From an uncultured delta proteobacterium (GTDB lineage: Bacteria > Desulfobacterota > Desulfomonilia > Desulfomonilales > Desulfomonilaceae): a stretch of 64,000 nt of DNA. The translations under genes were made by a program, and so were the position numbers. Below are positions 50,069-61,116 of the stretch, in pieces. Position 1 is the stretch's first letter. Each line of letters begins with the position of its first letter. The stretch lies in NCBI GenBank assembly GCA_963786905.1, contig CAWBBA010000015.1:22740-86739 (forward strand), given 5' to 3'. The notes under the pieces are model-generated. The model worked only from the letters and a program-made list of their open reading frames with translations, searched no databases and was not told the origin of the DNA.

Positions 50069-51603
50069 TAGCTCCCCTCGTCGTCTCAGTGGGCGGCGGC
50101 CTTCTCTTATCCTTCGCCTTCCCTCCTTTACGGATCGACTTACTTGCTTGGATCGCCTTTGTTCCCCTTTTCTGGGCAATCCATAGGGACCCTCGGCCCG
50201 CCTTCGCAGCTTTATATGGCGTGGCTTTTGGAATCGCATTTTTTTCCGTTGATTTGAGCTGGATTTATCATACCCTGACAATTCACGGCCACTTTGGGTC
50301 TGCCTCCGCCCTTGCCATGTTTGTTGGCATGATCCTGACGCTGGCACTGTTTCCGGGAGCCTTCGCCTTCATGTCGGCGCTCCTCTTAAATAGGGGGATC
50401 ACCCCGGCATTGGCCGCACCTTTCTTATGGACGGCCCTGGAATATTTTCGGACCGTTCTGTTTACAGGTTTTCCGTGGGATCTGATAGGTTATTCACAGG
50501 CAGGCCGCGAAACCGTCATTCAAATTGCCGATATAACCGGCGTTTACGGGGTCTCTTTTCTTCTATTATTGGTGAACGGGACTTTGTGGGAAATGCTGAG
50601 GGCAACATTGAACAGGGATCGGTTCCCTGTGAAGTTGGTTGCGACAACGGCCGGGACCCTGGTCCTAGTGTCGGTTTACGGAAATGTCAGAATCGCCCAT
50701 TTCTCCGATGATCAACAAGACAAGTCAGGTGTTGTTGTCGGTATTCTTCAGGGCAATATACCTCAGGAAATAAAATGGGAAGACGCATCACGGCGCCACA
50801 CTTTTGCCACCTATGAGAGGCTGGCCGATCAAGCCGTACAAGCGGGCGCCCAGTTATTAGTCTGGCCCGAAACCAGCGCTCCGGTTCTATTTGGCGGCGG
50901 CAATCCTGACTGGCAGCGGCCCGGTGAGATTTCACTGCGGCTGAAAGTACCCATGCTTGTGGGGGCCCCATCCATCAAAACGGTGGACGGGATGACACGA
51001 TACTACAATAGTGCGTTTCTCGTGGACGGAACCATGCTGCGTTACCGTTACGACAAAATGCATCTAGTCCCCTTTGGGGAATACATGCCTCTGACATGGC
51101 TGCTGCCGTTGGGCCCCGGGATAGCCACCAGAGACGCGGACTATTCCCCCGGTGAGGACATGACGATAATGCGTGTGAAAGGACATCCCGCTTTCGGGGT
51201 TTTGATCTGCTACGAGACAATCTTTCCTGACCTCGCGAGAACAGCCGTTGGAAAAGGAGCCGGTATGCTGATAAACATTACCAATGATGGGTGGTTCGGA
51301 GACACCGCTGCTCCCTACCAACATCTGGCAATGGCCGGCATGCGCAGCGTGGAGAACCGTGTCTGGCTCGTAAGGTCAGCCAACACAGGGGTGAGCGCAG
51401 CCTTTGACCCTACCGGACGCATGGTATCGCGAATCCCCCTGAACCAGGAGGGCGTCTGCACGGTCCGCGTCCCTAGCTCCGCGGCGGCCGGCTCATTGTA
51501 CACACGCTTTGGCGACTTGTTCGCATGGTGCTGCATTGCAGTGTCTATATTGCTCGGCCTAACGGTAGGCAAGTTCGGCAGATTGCCTCAGCCGGTTGAG
51601 TAA
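50065..51603 (+). CDS. lnt: Apolipoprotein N-acyltransferase
   Basis: N-terminal multi-TM region plus a CN-hydrolase domain (LLVWPETS...KMHLVPFGEYMP...VLICYE...NITNDGWF). Confidence 0.9.
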   Translation: MIAPLVVSVGGGLLLSFAFPPLRIDLLAWIAFVPLFWAIHRDPRPAFAALYGVAFGIAFFSVDLSWIYHTLTIHGHFGSASALAMFVGMILTLALFPGAFAFMSALLLNRGITPALAAPFLWTALEYFRTVLFTGFPWDLIGYSQAGRETVIQIADITGVYGVSFLLLLVNGTLWEMLRATLNRDRFPVKLVATTAGTLVLVSVYGNVRIAHFSDDQQDKSGVVVGILQGNIPQEIKWEDASRRHTFATYERLADQAVQAGAQLLVWPETSAPVLFGGGNPDWQRPGEISLRLKVPMLVGAPSIKTVDGMTRYYNSAFLVDGTMLRYRYDKMHLVPFGEYMPLTWLLPLGPGIATRDADYSPGEDMTIMRVKGHPAFGVLICYETIFPDLARTAVGKGAGMLINITNDGWFGDTAAPYQHLAMAGMRSVENRVWLVRSANTGVSAAFDPTGRMVSRIPLNQEGVCTVRVPSSAAAGSLYTRFGDLFAWCCIAVSILLGLTVGKFGRLPQPVE

Positions 51604-51711
51604 TCTTGATTGTGGTGCCTCTATACGCGATACAAAATACTTCCAAAATGGGATGAACTAGTTCAGGGTATTCCTGGGCATCAATCTTTCACCTGGGGGA
51701 GGTTACGGCCA

Positions 51712-52813
51712 ATGACCGCAGAGGCAAAGAGAAACTCTCATCAGACTTGGGGCCGGCGCTGCCTTCTTTATCGTCCTGATTTGGCTGATGAGCGCCTTGG
51801 AGTCTGTCACCACCGTTGTCATGGTGGCTTTTTTCCTGGCGTACATACTGAACCCCATTGTTGAACGGCTGACTTCCTGGGGGCTGGGCCGACCTTTGGC
51901 TGTGTTCATAATTCTGCTCTCAGGCTTATTTCTTTTCATCGGACTCTTGCTTTTTGTCGTTCCGGTTATCATCGAAGAGACCAGGAAGTTCGCTGATGTT
52001 CTGCCACGTTACGCTTCCGCCCTACACGGCCAACTCATGCGGTTGGCAGAAAAGTTTGACGTGGCCGTTCCCCAGGACTGGGACCAGGTGACCGGCCTGA
52101 TTGTCGAGAGAGGCAGACAATTCCTGCCCAGGATAGCCGATATATCAGCCCAGGCTTTTTTCTCGATATTCAAATCCACTCTGCACATTTTGTCGGCTCT
52201 CCTGCACATTCTTCTAGTGCCTATCATCACGTATTACCTTATGGTCTCCTTCGATTCTATCAAAAAAGGAATAGAGGAACTGATCCCGCCCTACGCACGG
52301 GATCCGGTTATTCAAAAACTCGGAGAGATTGATCGAGTGCTGGCAGGCTTCATCCGAGGCCAGTTGACTATTTGCCTCATCCTGGCGGTTTTGTACAGTT
52401 TGGGATTCGTTCTAATACGCATCGATCTGGCCGTGGTCCTGGGACTCGTATCCGGGCTCCTCTTCATTGTTCCATACCTCGGAACCATGATCGGCGTGAT
52501 CTTCGGTTCCCTTATGGCTTTGGCCAAATTTGGGGACTGGGTCCACGTGCTCTACGTCTTCGGATGGATCGGACTCGTGCAACTCTTGGAAGGTTATGTC
52601 TTGACGCCCAGGATAGTGGGACAGGCTACGGGGTTGCACCCGGTCGTGTATATTCTGGCTGTTATTGTAGGCGGGAACCTCTTTGGTTTTGTGGGCATGC
52701 TCGTAGCCGTTCCAGTGACTGCTGTGTTGCAGGTGCTTCTGGCCACCGGTATCAAGGCGTATCGGAATTCCTACTTATATAGTGAGCCGCCGCACGCGAG
52801 ATCCAACAAATGA
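51712..52813 (+). pseudogene. AI-2E (PerM/UPF0118) family permease, N-terminal frameshift near 51730
   Basis: GGGGGAGG precedes ATG 51712 (MTAEAKR). The frame then shifts into ETLIRLGAGAAFFIVLIWLMSALESV..., which continues as ORF 51788..52813. Confidence 0.7.
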
Positions 52814-53667
52814 AAAACAGTGTCTTGTATGTGGTGTCAACTCCCATAGGCAATTTGGAGGACATCACCTTCCGTGCACTGGATGTGCTTCGCAAAGTGG
52901 ACCTGATTGCATGCGAAGACACTCGCAAAAGCCGAATACTCCTTGAGCGCTGGGAAATCGCCACAAAGCTGATGAGCTTGCATCGCTTCAGCGAGAGTCG
53001 CAAGACCCAAGTCATTCTGGAGCGTCTCGATCAAGGAGAAAACGTCGCGATTATCTCCGATGCCGGGACTCCTGCCATTTCCGATCCGGGTAGCCGACTC
53101 GTTCGAGCGGCACTTGAGGCCGGATTCACTGTAACTCCTGTTCCCGGGGCCTCATCGATCAGCGCTGCCCTGTCTGTTTCCGGCATGGATTGCTCCTCCT
53201 TCGTATACCTTGGATTCGCTCCAAGGACGGATAGCCGGCGTCGAGCGTTCTTTGACAAAATTAGGCAGGAAGAGCGGACCTCTCTCTTTTTCGAGACCGC
53301 GAAACGTGTTCAGGCAACTCTGCGAGTCGCTGAGGAAATCCTCGGCGATAGACGCCTGGTCCTTTCCAGAGAGCTTACCAAGCTGCATGAGGAGATTATT
53401 CCGGGAACAGCGGCAAGCATTCTCGCTCAGTTTGAGACCCGAGCATCCGTCAAGGGAGAGATCATCGTAATAGTGGAAGGCGGGGCGGGAGCAGGCCCGC
53501 AAATTGAAGTCCGCGATGCGGTAAGACTCCTGATAGCGGAGGGCCTGTCCGGGAGGAGATTGGCGGCCGAGGCGAACAAGAGATATGGCCTGAAAAAAAG
53601 TGATGCCTACGAAGCTTTCTTGATGATCAAAGATGCAAACGCGAGCCCCGGCAAAAGTCATAGATAA
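52810..53667 (+). CDS. rsmI: 16S rRNA (cytidine1402-2'-O)-methyltransferase
   Basis: LYVVSTPIGNLEDITFRALDVLRKVDLIACEDTR...ISDAGTPAISDPG. Confidence 0.9.
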   Translation: MKNSVLYVVSTPIGNLEDITFRALDVLRKVDLIACEDTRKSRILLERWEIATKLMSLHRFSESRKTQVILERLDQGENVAIISDAGTPAISDPGSRLVRAALEAGFTVTPVPGASSISAALSVSGMDCSSFVYLGFAPRTDSRRRAFFDKIRQEERTSLFFETAKRVQATLRVAEEILGDRRLVLSRELTKLHEEIIPGTAASILAQFETRASVKGEIIVIVEGGAGAGPQIEVRDAVRLLIAEGLSGRRLAAEANKRYGLKKSDAYEAFLMIKDANASPGKSHR

Positions 53668-53780
53668 CGCCGGCTGAAGTACAAGCCCACATTTGCGCGA
53701 CAGGGTCTTCTACTGTCTTCAGTTCATCCGACTCATCTTCGACAGTGCACCGTTTTGGGGCACTGGTCAAGCAGTTGTAA

Positions 53781-53809
53781 TTATTAGAGCAGTTCTCAAA
53801 AGTAATCAC
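53781..53809 (+). repeat. Dispersed motif copy B (TTATTAGAGCAGTTCTCAAAAGTAATCAC)
   Basis: See copy A. Confidence 0.6.
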
Positions 53810-54179
53810 GAATTGGGAAGAGCGATTCCCCGAAATTAGTAGCACCGGCCTCCGTGCCGGTGGATTATTATCAACCAAATCAACCCGTTCCGCCCGGCAG
53901 GGACGCCGGGCCTACCGATTCTTTGAGATGCGGCTACCTAAAAACGTCAAGACTTTCGAGAACCAATATGGGTGGCATTTTCAGTAGTTCTGGAAGTTGC
54001 TGTAATCACGGGGCGTGATTTTCGATGATATTTTGAAACGTAGTGCCTAGAATGTGCGTATTGGCTCACGGTTCTTCTTGATATGGCAGGTTTTAGCATG
54101 CCATCTGTCTCTTATGTTTATTCGTAGAAAACGCAGTGTACAGAAGAGCGACGAATATGAATACCTACAGATCATCGAA

Positions 54180-54259
54180 TCGAGCACTTCTTTCGCAAAG
54201 AATTTCTTCACGGAATCTCTGAAGATTCTGTGATCTTCCGTATAAGGCAGAATGTCCAT
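54180..54259 (-). pseudogene. N-terminal stub (about 25 codons) of an acyl-CoA dehydrogenase
   Basis: MDILPYTEDHRIFRDSVKKFFAKEV is a typical ACAD N-terminus. The reading then degenerates into unrelated sequence within ORF 54047..54259. Confidence 0.5.
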
Positions 54260-54367
54260 CGATGTACTCCTTTGAGAGACGGGCCAACGGTCGCGTGACC
54301 TACGCCGGCATCAGAAGCAAAGGTTGTCCACGAGTCCGGTTAGCGCAGAAAGCAGACCTTTGCGCTC

Positions 54368-54979
54368 CTATTCCCTACTTTCAGTTATTCCTCGGAAGAC
54401 AATCTCACAGAGTTGATCGGACGCCTCTTCCGGATTCAGTGCGTAGTGGAAAAGGACATTGGGGAGACAGGTGTGTTCGATTCCTCCCAGAATGAGCTGT
54501 CTGATAACCTCAGCGGGGATGTCCCTGCGTATGGAACCTTCCGCTCTCCCTTCCTCGATGATTCCCATGAGGAGACTGGTGTACCGTTTGACCGTCTTGT
54601 ATGCGTCACTGTGGAAATAGTCCGGGTGGTTTCTCACCTCCAGGATGAGTATCCGTGAGAAAACCCTGTTATGGGCGTACATGGTGATGTGGATCCGGAT
54701 CAGTTTGCGGAGCTTGTTCAAAGCCCCCTCCGTGTCTCGGAGTTCCGTTTCCAGTCGAGTGAGAAAGAAGTCCACGTAGTCCGAAAGGACCACATGTAGC
54801 ACGTCTCGTTTGTCCTTGAAGTACTTGTAGATGAGCCCTTCCGTGACCCCCGCGGTGGCTGCGAGTTCCGATATGGTGATGGAGGTGAACTCTTTCTGCT
54901 CCAGCAGGACCTTGAGAGCCTCCATGATTTTGACTTTTCCCGGAGGAAGCCTCTTTTCGGGATACGTCCGGGGCTTCAT
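54368..54979 (-). CDS. TetR-family transcriptional regulator
   Basis: KIMEALKVLLEQKEFTSITISELAATAGVTEGLIYKYFKDKRDV, an N-terminal HTH signature. Confidence 0.85.
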   Translation of the reverse strand: MKPRTYPEKRLPPGKVKIMEALKVLLEQKEFTSITISELAATAGVTEGLIYKYFKDKRDVLHVVLSDYVDFFLTRLETELRDTEGALNKLRKLIRIHITMYAHNRVFSRILILEVRNHPDYFHSDAYKTVKRYTSLLMGIIEEGRAEGSIRRDIPAEVIRQLILGGIEHTCLPNVLFHYALNPEEASDQLCEIVFRGITESRE

Positions 54980-55006
54980 CGCGGTCCGTCATGACGACAC
55001 CTCGGA

Positions 55007-56189
55007 TCATACTCGCTCAATAATGGTAGCGGGCGCCATACCGCCGCCCGTGCAGAGCGTGACAAGGCCGTACCTGCTTTGCGTCCTCTCCAATTCATGC
55101 AGGCAGGTGACCATAAGTCGAGACCCCGAGTTTCCCACGGGGTGTCCCAAGGCTATAGCGCCGCCATTGGGATTGACTCGCTCCCAATCCGGTCGGTGTT
55201 CACGCCCCCATGCCAGCGGCACCGATGCAAAGGCCTCGTTGATCTCGACCTCGCCGATGTCATCCAGGGTCAGACCGGTCATCTTGAGGACCTTCCTCGT
55301 GGCCGGAATAGGACCCGTGAGCATCATCACCGGATCCGCTCCCGCTACAGCCGATGCCACTATCCTTGCTCTCGGCTTCAGTCCCAGTTCCTGTGCCTTG
55401 CGACCCGACACGAGCAGTATCGCGGATGCCCCATCGGTGATGGGGCTGGAATTGCCGGCCGTAATGACCTTGGTGCCGAACACCGTCTTCAGCCCTGCCA
55501 GCGCTTCCATCGATGTTTCAGGTCGAACAGCCTCATCGCGGGTGAGCAAGCGTCTCCTCACCGTCAGGGCTCTTGATTTTTACAGGGACTATCTCCCGGT
55601 CGAACCTGCCCTCAACTTGGGCTCGGTGGGCTCGCTGATGGCTACGCAATGCAAACGCGTCCAATTCTTCCTTGGAGATACCCCATTTCTGGGCAATGAG
55701 TTCCGCGGCCTGTCCCTGGTCGACGAACTTGCCGCCCGTACGATTCAAATATGCCGGTCCCAAAGGCATTCCGGCCGGCTGGCCATTGGCCAGCGTCAGG
55801 TTCAACCACTCCGCGGCGATCGCATACTTGCTCATGATCTCGCAGCCACATGCGATCATGCAGTCCCGCCAACCGGCTATGATCTGGGCGGCACAGAAAT
55901 TGACGGCAGTGAGACTAGAGCCGCACTGCCGATTTATGGACACTCCGGGAGTGTCATCAGGGAACCCCGCGGCAAGGACCGCCATTCGCGCGAGAGTAAA
56001 TCCCTGCTCGCCCACCTGAGTGACGGTACCACCAACCACGTCCTCCACCTGAGCAGGATCCACGCTTACCCGATCCACCACTTCCCTAAGGGCCAACCCC
56101 AGCAGTTCATCGGCTCTGAAGGTCGCAAGGCTTCCATTTCGCTTTCCTACCGGGGTTCTCACCGCACTTACAATGAATGCTTCTTGCAC
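55007..56189 (-). pseudogene. Acetyl-CoA C-acyltransferase (thiolase), one frameshift near 55540
   Basis: ORF 55533..56189 carries AFIVSAVRTPVGKRNG and NRQCGSS (active-site Cys). ORF 55007..55561 carries NEAFA, GGAIALGHPVG and CTGGGM. Confidence 0.85.
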
Positions 56190-56199
56190 CGTTCCTCCG

Positions 56200-58303
56200 C
56201 TAGATTAGACTCGAATCCACGCCGCATGCGACGAGTGCATCGAATTCGGGCGCGGGTTTCAGTCCCGGCATTGCGAACTTGTCGGAAAGTTCGGTTAGTC
56301 TTTGCTTGACCGCCTTCACCCCTTTGAGACTCACGTACCTCGCAGGTCCGTGCCAACAATCGGGAAAGCCGATTCCCAGCACAGCGCCGAGATCCATGCT
56401 GTAGTAATCTTTGAGGACTCCTTCGCTCATGCACCAGAATGCCTCGTTCACCATACCGAGGAGCAGCATGTCCTGAGCTTCTTCCGGTGTAGGAGTCGGT
56501 AGCCCTTCCGCTCGAACGATGAATTCCGCAGCGTCTTCGTTCGGCACCAACTTGCGGTCATCCAGATAGAAACTCGGCTTGCCTGCACCGACGAAGCCCG
56601 CCTCGATACATTTTCACGAGGGAAGCAGGAACCTTGACACGATCCGGAAGACGAGAAACGAGAAACTGAGAGGCATGATAGATCACATTGCCGCCGGCAG
56701 TTCCGTACACGTGCATCGGCCCCTGGGGGAAGCCCGTGATTAAGGCCAGCCGGTCCACCTCCCACGGTGTGAGACCCAACTCTGCCATTCTAAATCCGCT
56801 TATGACGTACGAAGCGAACGTGCGGCTCGTATAGAAGCCCGGTCCATCGCCCACCAGAATGACGGTCTTACCGATAGCCCGGCCCACGGATACGGCTGTG
56901 GCGACCGCTGCAGGACTCGACTTCGGGCCCTGTATGACTTCCAATAGCGGCATGAGAGGTGCGGGAGAGAAATAGTGCATGCCCACAACCTGTTCCGGTC
57001 GAGGACATGCGCTTGAGATCTCAGCCATCGGGATAGTTGACGTGTTGGACGCAAAGATGGCGTGGGGATTGGCTTCCTGAACCTTGGCAAGGATCTTCTG
57101 CTTGAGCTGCAGGTCCTCGAATACGGACTCAATGACCAGAGGAATATCTTTCAATGCACGAGTAGTCATCGGTGACACTCAGGTTGGCCATTGCGGCATC
57201 TCTGCGCCGCTGAGGCCAGCGGCCCCTGGCAACGAGATCGTCCAGGGTTTTCTTGATCTTCTCAACAGCCCGGCGCAGCGGTTTCGACGTCCACGTCGAT
57301 GAGCGTGGTCTTGATCCCGCTGTCCGCCGCCACCTGAGCAATGCCGCTACCCATGAGTCCGGACCCTATGACTGCCAATCTGTCTACGGCTACCGCCTTT
57401 CGGCTGTCAACCTTGGCGAGCTTGGGGCCGACGCTGGAAGCGAGGAAAAACAGGTCGATCTTGTTGCGGGAATTGGCATTGTCGAAGAGCGGCACAAACA
57501 GGTCTATGTCGTGTCGGACCGCCTCGTCGAAAGACATTTTGAGGCATGCTCCCATGGAGTCCAGTGCAGCCAGGATGTACGGACGGCTACGGGGATATGC
57601 CATACCGATTTCGTGCATCTGAAAGAATCTTCTCCTTCTCGCTCTCGGTTGACTGATCAGCAGACTGATAGCTCGGATCGTAATTCCGATTGGTGATCCC
57701 GTGATGCCGGTCGATCCAGTGCACTGCTTCTGCCTTGAGGTCAGCCGACGCACAGAGGGTGACGAATCCGGTCTGGGCATAATCTTCCGCCGAGCTTACC
57801 CGTCCCGTGAGGATCGCATCCACCGCAGCCTTGAACCCAACGAGCCTTGGCAGAATCTGAGTGCCCCCGCCTGCCGGGAAGAGACCTACATTGATTTCAG
57901 GCAAGCCCATCTTGGAGGACGCGGTAGCGAATACGTGGTCGCAGCCCCACAGCAAGAGTTCGAAACCGCCGCCCAATGCCGTCTGTCCATCCAGGATGGC
58001 CACCACGGGAAACGGACTTTTCGCCAGATTTGCCAATGCTTCCTGGAATCTCATCACTACGTGGCGAATGACCCCAGGAGTAGCGTCGGTCAAGATCTCC
58101 TTCAGATTGGCTCCATCGAGAAAGCTTCGCTTCTTCCCGGACACCAACATCACACCCTTGACCTCGTCCGAGAGAGCCTTTCCAGTAGCCCGCTCCAGGT
58201 CGGCAACAAAGGCCTGTCCAACGGTGTTGACCGGTCCGGCAGTATCTATCGTGAACGTCGCGATCCTGGAAGATTGATCCAACGTGTAGGCAACTTCAGT
58301 CAT
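56200..58303 (-). pseudogene. FadB/FadJ-like bifunctional enoyl-CoA hydratase / 3-hydroxyacyl-CoA dehydrogenase, at least 4 frameshifts
   Basis: ORF 57587..58303 is the crotonase fold (GGGFELLLWGCDH). ORFs 57262..57780 (LAVIGSGLMGSGIA), 57129..57341, 56558..57178 and 56200..56550 tile the dehydrogenase and C-terminal domains in different frames. Confidence 0.8.
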
Positions 58304-58322
58304 GGCAAACCCTTTCTCATAC

Positions 58323-59517
58323 TTATGTGCGAATAATGACAGCCTCTCCCTGGGTCAAACCTCCGCAAATGGCAGCGGCTCCGAGACCCCCGCCCCGACG
58401 ACGAAGCTCGTACATCATCGTCATGGAGATTCTCAGACCCGAGGCACCCACCGGGTGTCCGAGAGCGATGGCTCCTCCGTTGACGTTGGTCTTTTGCAGC
58501 AACTCAAACCAGCGGTCTCGGTCGCCATCCGCGAGGATCTTGGTGCTAACCAGCGGCATGGCCGCAAACGCCTCGTTGATTTCAATGAGATCGATCTGAT
58601 CGACCGTCAATCCCGACTGAGAGAGGGCCTTCTTGATCGTGAGCGCCGGTATCCACGAAATTCCGTAAGGCGCATTGGTTTCTCCGGCCACTTCCACGAT
58701 AGTGCCCAGCGGCTCAAGGCCGAGTTCCCGTGCACGCTCCTCGGTCATCACCACCATTGCTGAGGCTCCATCGTTCAGACCCGGGGCATTTCCGGCCGTG
58801 GTCGTACGAGCCCCGAATATGGTCGGTAACTGCTCCACCGCAGCGACCGTGCTGTCAGGCCGCGGGGACTCATCTGCCGAAAGGAGGAATGTGTCCCTAC
58901 CCTTTCGAACCTGAATAGGAGCCAACTCATCCTCGAATTTGCCTTCTGCCTGCGCTTGGATGGCCTTCTTGTGCGAGCCCACTGCCCATGCGTCCAGCAT
59001 CTTCTTTGGAACATCATATTTATCCGCACCGTCGGACAGCGTCCACGGCCACGGAATTGTATCCAGTGTACGTGATCGGATAGATCGGATCTTTCAAGTT
59101 GACATCGCCAATGCGAACTCCTCCCCTCAACCCGCGATGCATGTGAGGTATCCTGCTCATGGCTTCCACGCCCACGATCAAGGCTGAAGAGAACTCCCCC
59201 AGCCTCAGTCCCCAAACCGCCATGCGAAGCGCTGTGAGCGAAGAACAGCACGCGGTATCCAGAGTAATGGAGAATCTGTCGATTCCCAGCTTGAGGCCGA
59301 CCTGGCGGCCGGTTACCGAAGCGGTTTCAAAAGACGGTGGGAAACAGTTACCCACAAAGATGTGATCAATTTCCGTGCTAATATCACTACCTTGGGCAGT
59401 CAGAGCGGCCTTGCCGGCATGAACCGCCAGGTCCAGGGGTTCCATTGCGGAAAGGGCCCCCAGGTATCTTCCGAAAGGGGTTCGTTTTGCCCCCACGATG
59501 ACGAAACTCTCTGACAT
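58323..59517 (-). pseudogene. Thiolase (FadA-like), one frameshift near 59000-59020
   Basis: ORF 59020..59532 carries SFVIVGAKRTPFG and DTACCSS. ORF 58323..59000 carries NEAFA, GGAIALGHPVGASG and CGGLTQG. Confidence 0.85.
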
Positions 59518-59620
59518 GTGTATTCTCCTCATGCCGCTTGTTAAGCCACTTTAGAGCCATATTGGCCTGCCTTGATGTCCTTCCGAGTTCAGGACCAAGC
59601 ACAAGTTTTTGAACGGGGGA

Positions 59621-59664
59621 GGTGAGTTAAGGTTACTCACCTGGGTGAGTAAATATTACTTACC
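59621..59664. promoter_or_regulatory. Two tandem 21-bp palindromic operators, GGTGAGTTA-N3-TTACTCACC and GGTGAGTAA-N3-TTACTTACC
   Basis: Located at 59621-59641 and 59644-59664, in the 320-nt gap between the ACAD gene and the thiolase/fadB-like genes. A TetR-family gene lies in the same cluster. Confidence 0.5.
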
Positions 59665-59852
59665 GACTGTCTGTCAAGAACTTTTTGATAATGACTTGCC
59701 TCCAAAAACAGATCCAGGTTATGAGTTAGTTCTGTGGCAGAACTGATGCTGAGGCCAGGACTTGCACGACTTTGGCTAAGACGACGGGCTTGTGCTCAGC
59801 TGAAAAAAGCCCGGCCTCGGGGATTGCCGAGACAAACTCCCGGGTACTTTGA

Positions 59853-61046
59853 TCACTTCAACATCTCACGAGAAAATCCCAGAACGTTTCGAGCAATCAC
59901 CAGCATCTGAATCTGGCCGGTACCCTCGAAGATGTCAGTGATCTTCGAATCTCGCATCCACTTTTCGGCCAGCCATTCCCGCGAGTAGCCGAGCGGTCCA
60001 AGGAGTTCCACACATTTCTGAGTAACCAGAGTAGCCGCACGACCGGCCTTGGCCTTGGCTATTGAAGCCTCTAGGCTGTTCCTCAGACCGTCATCCAGCA
60101 TGGACGCCGCACGCCAGTTGAGCAGTCGAGCAACATCAAGGTTAGCCTCCATCTCCATCATCGTCCTCTGCACGTAATTGAGCTTGTGCAGACTGACGCC
60201 ATAGGGAAAGGTGTGGCCTTCCCCCTCCAGCTTCTCCTTCGTGAACTCCAGCGAGGCTCGGGCCACTCCGATAGCCATGGCAGCCACTCCTGGGCGGGTG
60301 GCGTCAAAAGTGGCCATTGCGCCGCCCAGGCCTTCCCTTCTCTCTGTGATCTCCGGGCTGCCCAGGATATTGTCATATGGGATTCGGCAGTCCTGTAGAA
60401 CAATCGAGGCCGTGTCGGAAGCGCGGATACCGAGTTTGTGCTCCAGTTTGGTAACCGTCATCCCAGGGGTGCCCTTCTCCACCACGAAGCTCTTGATTGC
60501 AGCTCGACCCTTACTGCGGTCCAGGGTGGCCCAAACCACGACGGCTTCGCAGTGATAGCCTGATGTAACGAAAATCTTCTCTCCATTGAGTATCCATTCG
60601 TTTGTCTCAGCGTCGAGCTTAGCAGTGGTCGAGATCGCGGCGGTGTCCGAACCCGCACCAGGTTCAGTGATCGCCATTGCAGCGAACTTGGCTCCGAGTC
60701 TGGCTTTCTGTTCCGGAGTAGCAACAGCGTCAATGGCGGCATTGCCTAAACCGCGGACGGGAAAGCAGAGCATGATGCCGACGTCGCCCCAGGAAAGCTC
60801 TTCCATATTTACCACCAGGGAGACGTTGGGCTCGGAGGTTCTCTTCCCGTCGGCCTCCGGCTTGCCCGCGGCGCTCTGTCTGAAGGTCTTGAGGCCCATC
60901 CTCTCGACCACGTCATACAACTCTTGCACCTTTTCATGTTCGTGGTCGTCATAGTGTCTGGAGACCGGCCTAAACACTCCTTCCGCAAGAGCGCGGACCA
61001 TTTGTCGCATCTGTTTAGTTGCCGGCAATAGTTCAAAGTCTATCAT
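59853..61046 (-). CDS. Acyl-CoA dehydrogenase, intact
   Basis: 397 aa with AMAITEPGAGSD, a GDVGIMLCF-type N-domain and C-terminal IFEGTGQIQ. Confidence 0.9.
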   Translation of the reverse strand: MIDFELLPATKQMRQMVRALAEGVFRPVSRHYDDHEHEKVQELYDVVERMGLKTFRQSAAGKPEADGKRTSEPNVSLVVNMEELSWGDVGIMLCFPVRGLGNAAIDAVATPEQKARLGAKFAAMAITEPGAGSDTAAISTTAKLDAETNEWILNGEKIFVTSGYHCEAVVVWATLDRSKGRAAIKSFVVEKGTPGMTVTKLEHKLGIRASDTASIVLQDCRIPYDNILGSPEITERREGLGGAMATFDATRPGVAAMAIGVARASLEFTKEKLEGEGHTFPYGVSLHKLNYVQRTMMEMEANLDVARLLNWRAASMLDDGLRNSLEASIAKAKAGRAATLVTQKCVELLGPLGYSREWLAEKWMRDSKITDIFEGTGQIQMLVIARNVLGFSREMLK

Positions 61047-61116
61047 CCAGTTCTCCTTTTGAGACGGCTCGATTGCTCAGCACAGAATCGGTTATTGCTG
61101 CGGTCGCGAGGTCCCC

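Noticed and set aside
54831-56309. 492-aa ORF on the plus strand
   Set aside because: It is antisense to the thiolase and TetR genes. The Ser/Pro/Arg-rich translation is typical of an antisense GC-rich frame.
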